DNA of 64,000 nt. It comes from an uncultured Nitrososphaerales archaeon (GTDB lineage Archaea > Thermoproteota > Nitrososphaeria > Nitrososphaerales > Nitrososphaeraceae). The DNA lies in assembly GCA_963713605.1 (NCBI GenBank), contig CAVQMO010000001.1, forward strand, positions 864,001-928,000, given 5' to 3'. How positions within the stretch are numbered: the stretch's first letter is position 1; every line of letters begins with the position of its first letter. The notes beneath the pieces are model-generated. The model was not told the DNA's origin. It searched no databases and worked only from the letters and a program-made list of their open reading frames with translations. Shown piece after piece: positions 49,089-59,666 of this stretch. A program made the translations under genes and the position numbers.

Positions 49089-49364
49089 TTAGTCGAAAGT
49101 AACAGATTCTCTAAATAATCGACGTAAGTTGTCTAACTCATTTGAGCTGAGTTCATCAGAAGATTTATCAACCAGATCCCGGAATTTCTTGGCTCTTTGA
49201 CTACCGATGAGTTCCTCAAGCTCCTTTTCAGATGTGCGACCCTTCCATGCTTCAAATATTTTCACTATTCTTTCCTTAGTTTCAGGACGTAGGTCTTTCA
49301 TTGCATTTTGAATTATCTTGCGACGATCCTTGGCGACGTCTCCTGAGTCAAATACTGCTCCCAA
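49089..49364 (-). CDS. Small helical hypothetical protein
   Basis: 91-aa charged helical ORF with a TATA-like element upstream. Confidence 0.6.
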   Translation of the reverse strand: MGAVFDSGDVAKDRRKIIQNAMKDLRPETKERIVKIFEAWKGRTSEKELEELIGSQRAKKFRDLVDKSSDELSSNELDNLRRLFRESVTFD

Positions 49365-49569
49365 TGATACTTATTAATTTTCAAAGGAATAATAAAGTTC
49401 GCTTAACTGCTCAATATTCAATAGGAAGTAGTTACTGAGAATTCCTATCTATTAGTCTACTCATGGATAAGATGCGTGCTTTCAAATAAAATAACATCAG
49501 AACAAAAATTTGTTCACTAGCCTGCTAAGATAAGTCGATGAAATTAAGAATCGTGAATTATTTAACCAG

Positions 49570-49725
49570 CTATCTCCAGAAGACTGAAATGACTCCTAAT
49601 CCCATTATTGCGAGTCCTCCAGCTACTAATGACAATATTCCCAGACCGCCGCCGATTCCCGCAACTGCTATGCCACCGATAATAGTGAGCGCTTCCCCGA
49701 CGCGCCTAGGATTTTTCAGTTTCAT
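49570..49725 (-). CDS. 51-aa Gly-rich hydrophobic membrane microprotein
   Basis: MKLKNPRRVGEALTIIGGIAVAGIGGGLGILSLVAGGLAIMGLGVISVFWR; TTTATAA box upstream. Confidence 0.7.
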   Translation of the reverse strand: MKLKNPRRVGEALTIIGGIAVAGIGGGLGILSLVAGGLAIMGLGVISVFWR

Positions 49726-49956
49726 ATTCGAGATGGGGGTTGTATAATAATCGGAAGATTATAAACGTTAAACTAGAGTACACATCATGAACAAGACTAT
49801 TTGACAACGGTTCCTCCCATTTCTTGTAACTGCCCTATTATCAAAATTGATATTGATCTTGAATAATCATTTAATAGTAATATATCACGCTGTTGAGCAA
49901 TCTTTTATAAAGGGAAGAATAATACTTAATTTGGTTACGAGGTAAGAAAAGGTTCC

Positions 49957-51195
49957 ATGATCGGAGATAATGAAAGGCGCGAGAAGGTAGACGATGATTA
50001 TAAAGCAAATTCCGAGTCTCCGAACGAAAGGGACGGTGCTCAATATAATTCACGAAATCATGATAATAATGCAGAATTGCATGATGATATAATCTTTCAA
50101 GGAGTCTCCTCTGATTTCTGTGTATGTATGCTTGACATAATAAACTCGACTGCCATCACATCTTCGTTAGCTCACGAGGACAAAATTAGAAAGTTCTACT
50201 CGTTATTTGTTAATTCAGTTTCACCTGTGGTTGCGTACTTTGGTGGGAGAGTGCTAAAGACTGGAGGGGACTCGATGATCTATTATTTTCCAAAAACGGC
50301 TGAGGTGCATCGCATTGAGGGCTTTAAGAATGTGCTAGAGTGTGGGATATCACTATTGGACTTGAGAAGCACGGTTAACAGCCTCTATAAAAGAGAAGGA
50401 ATTCAGCCTATCGGGTATCGAATAAGCGCTGACTACGGCAGACTTGAATTAGCAGAGTCTAGGTTTTCAAGAGACCAGGACTTCTTTGGACCGACCATGA
50501 ACTTGTGTGCCAAGATCAATAACAAGGCACCGCCCAATTCAATGGTCATAGGAGGCGATCTGCACCAGGTAATCAAGAAACTGCATTCTCTTGAAAAGCA
50601 ATTCCAGTTTGAAGAAATATCTGAATTTTCCATAGGGCTTAAGCAGAGATATCCTATCCATTTAGTTGTACCAATGGATTTTGATCGTTCTGCGAATTAT
50701 CCAGAACTAAAGGAAGTTATACTACGCCAACACGATGTCCGAACACAAAATGAGGAGCGAGTTCGACTCTCGCATGAACTGTCGTCGCGAATTAGACCTG
50801 AAGGCAATGACACATTTCGTGGAAATATAATGCTAGTTGATGATCAGCCAGATGTGCTCTTTACATACCGATCCTTTCTTGAGAGTCAGGGATTTAAGGT
50901 CCATTCATTTACAGATCCTACTGTGGCATTGAGGCAGTTTGCGAAAGAAGACTCGTCAAAATATGACTTGGTGGTAATGGATATTCGAATGCCGCAACTC
51001 AATGGCTTACAGCTTTACCAGAGGCTTAGAGCAATCAATTCGACTGTTAGGATTCTTTTCGTAACAGCACTTGATGCCGCCGAAGAACTTATTTCATTGT
51101 TGCCCGGCGTGGCAGCAAATCAAGTGATAATGAAACCTGTGAGTAGGGATAGATTTCTTAACTATGTGGATCTCGCAGTCAGAGAAAAAGGCTAG
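49957..51195 (+). CDS. Class III adenylate/guanylate cyclase-like domain fused to a C-terminal receiver domain
   Basis: MLDIINST, KTGGDS, RISADYG, DFFGPTMNLCAKI; receiver IMLVDD, MDIRMPQLNG, FVTA, MKP. Confidence 0.88.
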   Translation: MIGDNERREKVDDDYKANSESPNERDGAQYNSRNHDNNAELHDDIIFQGVSSDFCVCMLDIINSTAITSSLAHEDKIRKFYSLFVNSVSPVVAYFGGRVLKTGGDSMIYYFPKTAEVHRIEGFKNVLECGISLLDLRSTVNSLYKREGIQPIGYRISADYGRLELAESRFSRDQDFFGPTMNLCAKINNKAPPNSMVIGGDLHQVIKKLHSLEKQFQFEEISEFSIGLKQRYPIHLVVPMDFDRSANYPELKEVILRQHDVRTQNEERVRLSHELSSRIRPEGNDTFRGNIMLVDDQPDVLFTYRSFLESQGFKVHSFTDPTVALRQFAKEDSSKYDLVVMDIRMPQLNGLQLYQRLRAINSTVRILFVTALDAAEELISLLPGVAANQVIMKPVSRDRFLNYVDLAVREKG

Positions 51196-51619
51196 AATGA
51201 GAGCATAGCATTAATCACTTACGCTGATTTGTAAGAGATAAGGCTCGAAAATCTATAGAACCGATTAACCATTATTGTCAGTGGATTTACTTCCAAACCT
51301 TTCTCTTTGTTATTTGTTCTATAATTGATATATAATACTAGGCAACTATTACTATGCAATTACTCGTGTATGAAATTCATTACTAGATGTGGGAGAGTCA
51401 AGAATGGGAGACAGTTGTTTAGCGAAGACCATCGCTGAGGTTATCTGCCACCAGCTATGGACTTTCGACCAGTCCACATATGGTAAGGGGAAAGAATCAT
51501 TGGGTGAATTTGGAGTCATTAAGCCTAATTCCTCCGTTCCTGATTTACCTAGCCTTCGTGAGCTGAACTTAATTTATGATTCACGTTTTTCCTTGAGAAC
51601 CAGGGGTGGAGGAATATCT

Positions 51620-51985
51620 CCTTAAAGAGAATCATGCTAGTCGATGATGAGGAAGATATCGTACCTCTCAATCACTGCCAGCCTTGAACGTAACGGCTTC
51701 AAAGTAGATGGGTTTACTGACCCAAGGTTAGCCCTTGAACACTTCCTAAAGGGAAAATATGTAATGGTCATTGTTGACATTCGTATGCCCGAAATAGATG
51801 GCTTTGAATTGTACGAGAAGCTAGAGGAAATTGATAAAGACGTGAAGGTTTGCTTCATTACTGGCTTTGAGTTCAACTACCTTGCCCTGAGAGAAATATA
51901 TCCCGCTCTTAACTTCGGCTCTTTCATAAGAAAGCCGGTTGAAACTGATGAATTGGTCAACAAGATAAAACTGGAGTTAGGCTGA
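51620..51985 (+). CDS. Single-domain response regulator (receiver); frameshift near 51663; start uncertain
   Basis: KRIMLVDDEEDI in one frame, then VDIRMPEIDG, FITG, IRKP in the next. Confidence 0.85.
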
Positions 51986-52079
51986 TAATAATGTGAATTG
52001 ACCAATTGAGTGAGTATCTCTAGGCTGTTTGACTTTGCAAACTGAAGACGTATTTAATCCCATTCTGGCTATTAGTATG

Positions 52080-52994
52080 TCACATCTGTTCTGCAGTCTT
52101 GCTCAACGATTCAGTCAAATTCTCTATCTTCTTAGCAAATGGATGAGCAGGATACCTTAAAGCAGTCAAGAATTCCTTTCGAAGGAACTGTATATCACAA
52201 TAGCATGGAATTGAGGACATTATCTTCATTCTAACTTCCCTTGCAAGCAATTCGTCGGTATCCTCGGGTGTTTCAATTATGAAAGCCGAAGGTACTGATC
52301 TGTTACTGGTGCTCATTTCAGGCCTTACAACCAACGGATTTGGGGCACAATATCCAGATACCCTATTTAGTAACAGGAATGACTTGGTCCCAAATTTAGT
52401 GAACGAGCTGTATATTTCTTCGGCCATTTTCTTTGTTCCTTCAATATCAAGGTCTCCGGCTTTAAGGGTTAGAAACAAAATGTCCGCTACAGCTAAGGCA
52501 TTGATAGACCAATATCTTATTCCGGGGCTTGTATCAATGACAATATAGTCTGCATCATAATTTGTTATTAACTGTTCTCTCAACAGGATAAATCTCCTCA
52601 AGAACTGCTTACGAGTGCTATCTGCACCTCCTTCGAGCTTGTAAATTTCCTCCTTCTTTGCATTGCTAAATCCAATCCAGAGCTTGCCTTTCACACTATC
52701 TTTGGTGCCTCGAAGGGAAGAAGACTGCATCTCCTTGCTTTCCATATCGATTTCCGAAACTTTGGGGGTAAGATCTTGCATTACCTCTTCGATATCAGCC
52801 TCTGAGTAAAGATAGTTGTTTATCCATTTTTTAGGTTCAATCATAAAGTACGACTGAAGACTTGGAGCATAAACATCTAAGTCTAGCAAACACACTCTGA
52901 AGCCCGACTTTGCCAACATAGCAGCAAAATTCCCAGCCAGAGTGGTCTTACCGGTGCCACCCTTATACGAGTGAAATGCTATACACTTTGTCAT
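52080..52994 (-). CDS. MinD/ParA family ATPase
   Basis: Deviant Walker A KGGTGKT, LDLD, IDTSPG. Confidence 0.9.
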   Translation of the reverse strand: MTKCIAFHSYKGGTGKTTLAGNFAAMLAKSGFRVCLLDLDVYAPSLQSYFMIEPKKWINNYLYSEADIEEVMQDLTPKVSEIDMESKEMQSSSLRGTKDSVKGKLWIGFSNAKKEEIYKLEGGADSTRKQFLRRFILLREQLITNYDADYIVIDTSPGIRYWSINALAVADILFLTLKAGDLDIEGTKKMAEEIYSSFTKFGTKSFLLLNRVSGYCAPNPLVVRPEMSTSNRSVPSAFIIETPEDTDELLAREVRMKIMSSIPCYCDIQFLRKEFLTALRYPAHPFAKKIENLTESLSKTAEQM

Positions 52995-53187
52995 ACGCTA
53001 AGCACTGTTCGGTATTAGTCTGTCAGTTGCTCCTATAAAGAACTTTCCAACATTTTTGAACTTGTGAAATTGTAACATTTGGCTAAAAAAATCCGATGTC
53101 ACAAGCGTCCTCACAATAGAAATCATCTGAGATGCGCCAATCTTAGGCGCACTTGCCCAGGAGACTATAGGTGCACTTTGAGGATAT

Positions 53188-53229
53188 AATGGGATTAGAA
53201 AATAAAAAAATGGGATTAGAAAATGAAAA
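53188..53229 (-). repeat. 21-bp tandem duplication of a T-rich terminator-like element just after the DPSL gene
   Basis: AATGGGATTAGAAAATAAAAA followed by AATGGGATTAGAAAATGAAAA on the + strand. Confidence 0.75.
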
Positions 53230-53231
53230 AA

Positions 53232-53825
53232 TTAAAGATGGATCAAGCTACCTTGATCGCCTGTATGTGGTGACTGACCAACAAACTTCCTTCTAAAGTG
53301 ACCAGAGGGCCTTTTTGAAAGTAATTCGATGAACCAGGCTTCGTGTTCAACTTCCTCTTGCATAATGCGTTGAGCAATATCATAGGTACGAGGGTCCTTG
53401 CCTGTAGTCATATCACAAACCTCCCCCCACGATCTTATGGCACACTGTTCCGCCTCTAACAGAACCTTTAGGATCGAGTTGATATCCTCCCAATTATCTG
53501 GTAAATAAGCATCGGGACACCCTGCCTGATCAGCGAATTTTCTAATATCTCTGGGTAGGGCCCCACCGAGTTCATACAACCTGGGAACCATTGCCTCAAA
53601 ATGATTTCTATCCTCGATACGGGCATCTTCGACTATCTCCTTTATTCCTTCTCCTTCGAGGCCGGTGCAATGCATTCTCAAGATAGTATAATAGTAGTAA
53701 GTCGTGAATTCAGCGCCAACACCTTTCGTTATTAGTTCCTTTAAACGATCTATATTCACGCCATTCTTTTCTAGAACTTCTAAAGCCACTATCTTAGGGA
53801 CGTTACCTTTTTCACTGGTTGTCAT
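53232..53825 (-). CDS. DPS-like (DPSL) ferritin-family antioxidant protein
   Basis: [21 protein letters not shown], Cys pair [31 protein letters not shown]. Confidence 0.92.
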   Translation of the reverse strand: MTTSEKGNVPKIVALEVLEKNGVNIDRLKELITKGVGAEFTTYYYYTILRMHCTGLEGEGIKEIVEDARIEDRNHFEAMVPRLYELGGALPRDIRKFADQAGCPDAYLPDNWEDINSILKVLLEAEQCAIRSWGEVCDMTTGKDPRTYDIAQRIMQEEVEHEAWFIELLSKRPSGHFRRKFVGQSPHTGDQGSLIHL

Positions 53826-53970
53826 ACCAAGAGATATTTTACTATTATATAAAAGGGTTCGTTTGAACTATTTCAATTCAAAGGCTGTTAATCATCGGAG
53901 GAAGTATTAATGGATAATTGAGTCCAATCTTTCAATTGAAGACTAAAATATGAGCTGCCCTCGTTACGGG

Positions 53971-55686
53971 TTAATCGAGCGGAATCGTAAAGGAAAATGC
54001 TGCCCCCTTCTCTTTTTTGGGAGCATCTGCCCATATTTCACCACCGTGGGCTTCAACAATGTTCTTTGATATGAAAAGTCCTAAACCCATACCTTTTTCT
54101 GACTTTGACGCGAATTTCTTGAACAGTCTAGGCATGATTTCAGGATCTATTCCCTTTCCGGTGTCTTCAATTCGTACTAGTAATACTCGATTTCCGTTGC
54201 CATTGAGATGCCTCTTAAAATCTTGTATATTATTCTCCTCTGATGCTGAAACAGTAACCGTGTCACCTTCGTCGGAGAATTTGATAGCATTTCCAACTAA
54301 ATTAGTCATTACCTGAGTTAGTCTTGATCTATCTGCCACAACAGACGGAGAAGGGCCCTTGCCCGCTGATCCAAACGTTATTAATGATTCAGTATGACTA
54401 GGAGACAAGGCAGAATCAAATTTTCTATTCTTGTTACGATTGTAGACTAATCTTATATTCCTAGAAAATTCTGATTCATCCAGGGCATCGTTAAAGATGC
54501 CGATCACAATTTCGTCAATATCCAGAGGTTCCTTCAGGAGTTCTAGTGATTTATTCTCAATTCTTGTGATGTCTAAAATATTCTCTGTTAATTCCTTCAG
54601 TCGCTTCGCATTACGTATTATGACCGAAAGTAGTTCTCTCTGTTTTTCCATTTGTACCTCGTGTCTTGACTTAAGAACCTCTGCAAGGCCCAGAATCGGT
54701 TGGATGGGAGCACGAAGTTCATGAGCAGCAATACTGATAAACTCTCTTTGGTCTGTTTGCTGATCCTTCAGCTGCTCACAAAGCGAATTCACCTGATCAA
54801 TCAATTCAACTTGTTTCCAAAGACTTTCGAATATGGCAACATAAGATATGGCGGCAGATTTCGTGTTAGAATAAACCGCGGATCCAAGGGCTTCGTGTAT
54901 GTCGTCTTGTGAATCGTCTTTTAGTTCGATGGCTAATGAAAGCTTTCTATCAACCACAACGACAGTAACCTTGGTCTGCAATGCAGCTTCCATGTTTCTC
55001 ACATTCACATTATCAAACTTGGTCTCTAAAGCCACAGACGCTAATTCTACGTCCTGGTCTGCCGGAGTAAGAATTCTTACTTGAAGATCTTTCCTGGAAG
55101 AAGTCACTTCCTTAAGCAATTCTGGTCCGCCAATCGATATCTGTCTCCTAAAGGCATTTGCGGTAGAAAACATAATTAGTACCTCCTTTTTCGCGGACCG
55201 TATCATCTCAAATGCTATTTTTATAATTTTATCTGGCTTATCGATTATCTGAATAATATCCTGAGTTTCTCCACTCTTCCGAGACTCATTTTGCATTTGT
55301 ATCATTTCGCCTTCATCAGGAGTAACTCGATTCCAAAATGGATCGGAAATGAATTGCTCCAGACCCAACAAGCCAGTTAATCTTTCTCCATAGACACTCT
55401 TTAGGCGTTTGAACATAACAGCGCAATCAGGAGAATCAAATTCATAATTCTTGCCTTCTACAGTCTCTATTATTGGAGAATGCCCAACGCTGCCATCGGT
55501 GGCGCTTGTGCTGTGGGAGCCCTGTGTTTCCATCTTAATCTGCTTACCACAGAGAGCACAATTTCCTTGTGGGCGAGAGGATTTATTAGATTCTGTCCCT
55601 CCTGGTATAACCGAATCGAAGGGGCTGTCATTCTTTTCTTCTTTTCCTCCTACAGTCATCACTCTAAAACTACCATCCATCCACAC
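53971..55686 (-). CDS. Soluble sensor histidine kinase with N-terminal TRASH/YHS-like Cys domain and a TrmB/PLD-like central domain
   Basis: CALCG...GKNYEFDSPDC; AKKEVLIMFST..VRILTP..VVVDRK; AAHELRAPIQPI, NLVGNAIKF, DTGKG, GMGLGL. Confidence 0.9.
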   Translation of the reverse strand: MWMDGSFRVMTVGGKEEKNDSPFDSVIPGGTESNKSSRPQGNCALCGKQIKMETQGSHSTSATDGSVGHSPIIETVEGKNYEFDSPDCAVMFKRLKSVYGERLTGLLGLEQFISDPFWNRVTPDEGEMIQMQNESRKSGETQDIIQIIDKPDKIIKIAFEMIRSAKKEVLIMFSTANAFRRQISIGGPELLKEVTSSRKDLQVRILTPADQDVELASVALETKFDNVNVRNMEAALQTKVTVVVVDRKLSLAIELKDDSQDDIHEALGSAVYSNTKSAAISYVAIFESLWKQVELIDQVNSLCEQLKDQQTDQREFISIAAHELRAPIQPILGLAEVLKSRHEVQMEKQRELLSVIIRNAKRLKELTENILDITRIENKSLELLKEPLDIDEIVIGIFNDALDESEFSRNIRLVYNRNKNRKFDSALSPSHTESLITFGSAGKGPSPSVVADRSRLTQVMTNLVGNAIKFSDEGDTVTVSASEENNIQDFKRHLNGNGNRVLLVRIEDTGKGIDPEIMPRLFKKFASKSEKGMGLGLFISKNIVEAHGGEIWADAPKKEKGAAFSFTIPLD

Positions 55687-55847
55687 ATTGTAAACTCCAA
55701 CAATATCCCAATTGTGACATTATACTGATCTATATCCTTCTGACAGGACACATCCACCTATTTCTTAATTCAATGTGATTTAATATTTTCGCTTTCACCA
55801 CCGTATCAATCTTAGGAAACTCAGTGATACTGACAACTACTGCTTTC

Positions 55848-57347
55848 CTAACTGAATCCAAATTCCTCCCATCTCTTGGAGACTTTAGTCTGAGTTTCTT
55901 CGTCAACAGTAGCGAGAACTTGTATCTCCCGGTTAAATCCCTCCTGATGCCATTTCGTTGTCGCGTCAATTCCAACTTTAGAACCTAGGTTAAGAAGAGG
56001 AGATGAAGGATCTAAAGTATCAGTCGGAGCGTTCTCGATAAACATTAGATCACGTTTGGGATCAGTTCTCGTTGTCACTGCCCAGAGGACCTCATCCATG
56101 TCATGTACATTTATGTCGTGATCCACCGTAACGAACATCTTGGTAAGGGAAAGTTGTCCCATTCCCCAAAGCCCCATCATTACCTTCTTGGCCTGTCCCG
56201 GATATCGTTTCTTGATAGAAATAATCGCAAGTCCTTGAAACCATCCTGCAGGAGGCATTGAGAAATCAACTACCTCTGGATGGAACATCTGTATTAGAGG
56301 CAAGAATGACCGTTCTATTACCTTACCTATGTATGCATCTTCAAGGATCGGTTTGCCTACTACTGTAGTAAGATATATCGGATTCTTTCTCATGCTTATG
56401 CAGGTCAGATTAAAACACGGATAGGGCTCAGGAGGCGTATAATAACCTGTATGATCGCCAAATGGTCCTTCCATTTGTAAATCGTCTGGATCGACATAGC
56501 CTTCCAATACTATCTCCGCAGTTGCAGGAACCTCAAGATCGACTGTATTGCATTTAACTAGCTTAATGCCCTTCTTCCTTACGATTCCTGAAAACAGGTA
56601 TTTGTCCATCCCTTCTGGAATTGGTGCCACAGCGCTAAACATAGTCGCCGGATCTGCTCCAATTACAACTGCGACTGCGATTTGTCTATCTTTACTATCT
56701 TTGGATTCGTTTTTTGACGTTTTATCCTTGAGGATCTCTAGATGTTGTGCTCCGCGTTTGTGTATCTGCCAATGCATTATGGCCTTTCTTGCATTCAGGA
56801 TTTGCATTCTGTATACTCCCATGTTAGTAACTTCAGTGTCAGGATGTTTTGTCACTGTCAAGCCAAATGTTATGAATCTTCCTGCATCACCTTTGAATGA
56901 CTTCAGTATTGGAAGGTTAAATAGATCCGCCTTCTCTTCAGTTAGTACAAGTTCTTTGACTGGTCCATTGTCGATGTGCTTCGGACCATACTCCGAAATT
57001 TCAGAAAGCTTGGGCAGCATTCGAAGCTTGCCAAATACACCGGTGGGCATTTTCATTCTTGTGAGGTCTACAATCCGATTACCTATCTGGGAAAAATCAT
57101 CTTCTTCTAATGCTAACTTTAACCGCTCATTTGATCCGAATGTATTTGCCAATATTGGGATTGTATGATCCTTGACATTCTCAAAAAGAACTGCAGGTTT
57201 ATCCTTGGCATACATGAGTCTACGCATTATTTCAGCTACTTCTAAGTCGGGATCTACCGAGGCCTTTACCCGTTTCAGTTGTCCTTTTTGTTCAAACACA
57301 TCCACGAGATCTCTCAGACTCTCAAGAGTCATGGAACGGTATGTCAT
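55848..57347 (-). CDS. ubiD: UbiD family prFMN-dependent decarboxylase (menaquinone pathway type)
   Basis: NMGVYR, VPATAEIVLEG, EGPFGDHTGYY, KKRYPGQ, LDPSS. Confidence 0.92.
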   Translation of the reverse strand: MTYRSMTLESLRDLVDVFEQKGQLKRVKASVDPDLEVAEIMRRLMYAKDKPAVLFENVKDHTIPILANTFGSNERLKLALEEDDFSQIGNRIVDLTRMKMPTGVFGKLRMLPKLSEISEYGPKHIDNGPVKELVLTEEKADLFNLPILKSFKGDAGRFITFGLTVTKHPDTEVTNMGVYRMQILNARKAIMHWQIHKRGAQHLEILKDKTSKNESKDSKDRQIAVAVVIGADPATMFSAVAPIPEGMDKYLFSGIVRKKGIKLVKCNTVDLEVPATAEIVLEGYVDPDDLQMEGPFGDHTGYYTPPEPYPCFNLTCISMRKNPIYLTTVVGKPILEDAYIGKVIERSFLPLIQMFHPEVVDFSMPPAGWFQGLAIISIKKRYPGQAKKVMMGLWGMGQLSLTKMFVTVDHDINVHDMDEVLWAVTTRTDPKRDLMFIENAPTDTLDPSSPLLNLGSKVGIDATTKWHQEGFNREIQVLATVDEETQTKVSKRWEEFGFS

Positions 57348-57641
57348 TGCTCTTAACTAATAAATGAATCCAGTGAGTGAGAGAGTACTCTGCCTATGGG
57401 CATTGGAGAATAGTTGACTACACATTCCAAGGGAATTCTGGAGTCGCTGAGAAGGGCTAACACTATTCAAATTACAACTGCTTCCATGGCAAAAGAATCA
57501 ACTTGAGATTTGAATTGTTGATAAGAAGAATAGTCAATAGTTAAACAAGCTAATTCATACCAACGCGAACTGAAGGAATGTGTAAACAGATTAAGTCTAT
57601 AAGGTACTCCAACATGTTTACCCAATGTGTAAAAGGCGTAT

Positions 57642-58418
57642 TTGGCAAAAATAGTAGTAAAAGATGTAACCAAAAGATTTGTGGAACGCAGGACAGGAGC
57701 AGTAGTAACAGCCATAGAGGACATAAATTTTAGCATTGACGAAGGTCAGTTCGTTTGTCTGGTTGGACCATCGGGTTGCGGTAAGTCTACAATATTGAAT
57801 ATTCTTGCCGGCATCGAAAATCCTTCTAGCGGGACTGTGATACTCAATGGAAACCCTGTCGTCGGCACTGGACCAGATAGGATAATGGTATTTCAAGAAA
57901 ACGCTCTTTTTCCTTGGCTTAAAGTAATTGAAAACGTTGAATTTGGCTTGAAGATGGCCGGAGTAGACAAGGCCAAACGCTATGAGATAGCGATAAGATA
58001 TCTTGATATGATGCAACTAACCAAATTTGCTCAATCCTATATCTATCAACTTTCTGGAGGAATGAAACAGAGGGTCGCAATCGCACGAGCATTGGTAATG
58101 GATCCGGAAGTACTTCTGATGGACGAGCCATTCGCGGCGCTGGACTCTCAGACCCGCGATTTACTATTAGTTGAATTACAGTTGATTTGGGCGAAGACTA
58201 GGAAAACAATTGTCTTTGTGACTCACAATATTCTTGAATCAGTCTGTCTTGGGGACAAGGTTATTGTCTTCACAAGCAGGCCAGGACACTTAAAGAAGGA
58301 GATCGCCGTCGATTATAGAAGACCTCGTCTTAGCGAAGATAACAACCTTCAGCCATACTACCGTACTATATTAGATGAAGTAAAGTCTGAAATGATTGCT
58401 GCAAAAAAACTAGAGTAG
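57642..58418 (+). CDS. ABC transporter ATP-binding protein, nitrate/sulfonate/taurine family
   Basis: GPSGCGKST, VFQENALFPW, LSGGMKQR, LLMDEPFAALD. Confidence 0.92.
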   Translation: MAKIVVKDVTKRFVERRTGAVVTAIEDINFSIDEGQFVCLVGPSGCGKSTILNILAGIENPSSGTVILNGNPVVGTGPDRIMVFQENALFPWLKVIENVEFGLKMAGVDKAKRYEIAIRYLDMMQLTKFAQSYIYQLSGGMKQRVAIARALVMDPEVLLMDEPFAALDSQTRDLLLVELQLIWAKTRKTIVFVTHNILESVCLGDKVIVFTSRPGHLKKEIAVDYRRPRLSEDNNLQPYYRTILDEVKSEMIAAKKLE

Positions 58419-58478
58419 AAATGCTACAGAACAACAAGAATCACTTCTTAGTCTCTACCTTCAAATTAGCTTATGCGG

Positions 58479-59270
58479 TCATTGAAATTGAAGGTATTCT
58501 ACGCTTGATTTGAGATAACTTTTAGAACCTCGATTGCAGCCTGCGAAATGGTTTGGTGAGGTGAGCAAGACTTCGTCAGCTATCTTACTCGCTTCAAGAA
58601 TGAAGCTGACGGGATCTTTTGAGTACTCGTGCCAGTCCAACCTTATCATCTGGGCAGACTTGAGATTTTTCTCTGAAGGAATCATTATACATGCCACAGT
58701 TTTTATGCCATGCTGCTTCGCCAAGTTAACGAGTTCTCCCAAGTCAGTTAGAGATTCGATGGATTGTGTAACTAAGGAGTATGGCCCAGAAAGTATCTTT
58801 TTTTCTATCTGAAATCTGTCAGTCACCTTCGAAGGAACAGCCAGACTAAAATGTATGTACCTATCATACTTCTCACTATGCAAATTCCTAAGGATTTCCG
58901 TCGGCTTCAAATTAGACGTTGATAAATCAGGTCCTAGTTCATCCCCTTTCAAAATTAGTATACTTTCAAGGCCTAAAAGTATAGCATCTCCAACAAATTG
59001 CATAAATGAGGTATAATTGCGATCACGAGCCCTTAAGCTGCAACTAATAGGCAAACTGTTTCCAGCACGCCTGATGAAATGAGCAAAAGAAATACCCGAG
59101 ATTCTAGGAACCCCCAAGACCGAATCAGTGATGTGGATTCCATCAACTAACCCAACCAATTCCCCTGCTCTCTTAACCATCGATGACAGCGATCCCCGTA
59201 ATTCATGCTCCTCAAAATAGCGATTTTGTACTGTTTTTGGGGGATTCAGTTCAAATCGTATCTTGCTCAT
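58479..59270 (-). CDS. Methylenetetrahydrofolate reductase-like (MetF fold) protein; C-terminus probably frameshifted
   Basis: FELNPPK, IHITDS, LRARDRN, LILKGD, VTQS. Confidence 0.7.
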   Translation of the reverse strand: MSKIRFELNPPKTVQNRYFEEHELRGSLSSMVKRAGELVGLVDGIHITDSVLGVPRISGISFAHFIRRAGNSLPISCSLRARDRNYTSFMQFVGDAILLGLESILILKGDELGPDLSTSNLKPTEILRNLHSEKYDRYIHFSLAVPSKVTDRFQIEKKILSGPYSLVTQSIESLTDLGELVNLAKQHGIKTVACIMIPSEKNLKSAQMIRLDWHEYSKDPVSFILEASKIADEVLLTSPNHFAGCNRGSKSYLKSSVEYLQFQ

Positions 59271-59666
59271 TTATCCATCATTGGGCTAATATTAAACAGA
59301 ATACTTACATGTTCGACAATGGGGTAATTTTGGGGGGATAGCAGGTTCACCCTTAACAAATTAGCCCTGCAATTATTAAATGCTTTTTAATTTATACGTG
59401 TTACTCGGGAATCATGGTTGGGTTACATGGAATAAATATGGATTAGACTTTTTTTCTCTGACTATATACAATCTCAGGCTTGTGGAGTCTGTACAATTGA
59501 CCCTGGGCTTGGGGTACAGTTATATATTCTACCATCATAGTCATCGATTCTGCCAGTAAGACAGATGTATTTCAATTAAAACATTTAGTCATGAGTCAGT
59601 TATCATGTCCGACTTTGTGATTTAAGCGAAATATAGATACCCTTCTGGTACAATATATCATATAAC

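Noticed and set aside
49538..49747. 69-aa Pro-rich + strand ORF
   Set aside because: Antisense shadow of the Gly-rich minus-strand microprotein.
52080..52994. Plasmid or prophage partition module
   Set aside because: No ParB, replication or mobility genes nearby; the context is two-component signalling.
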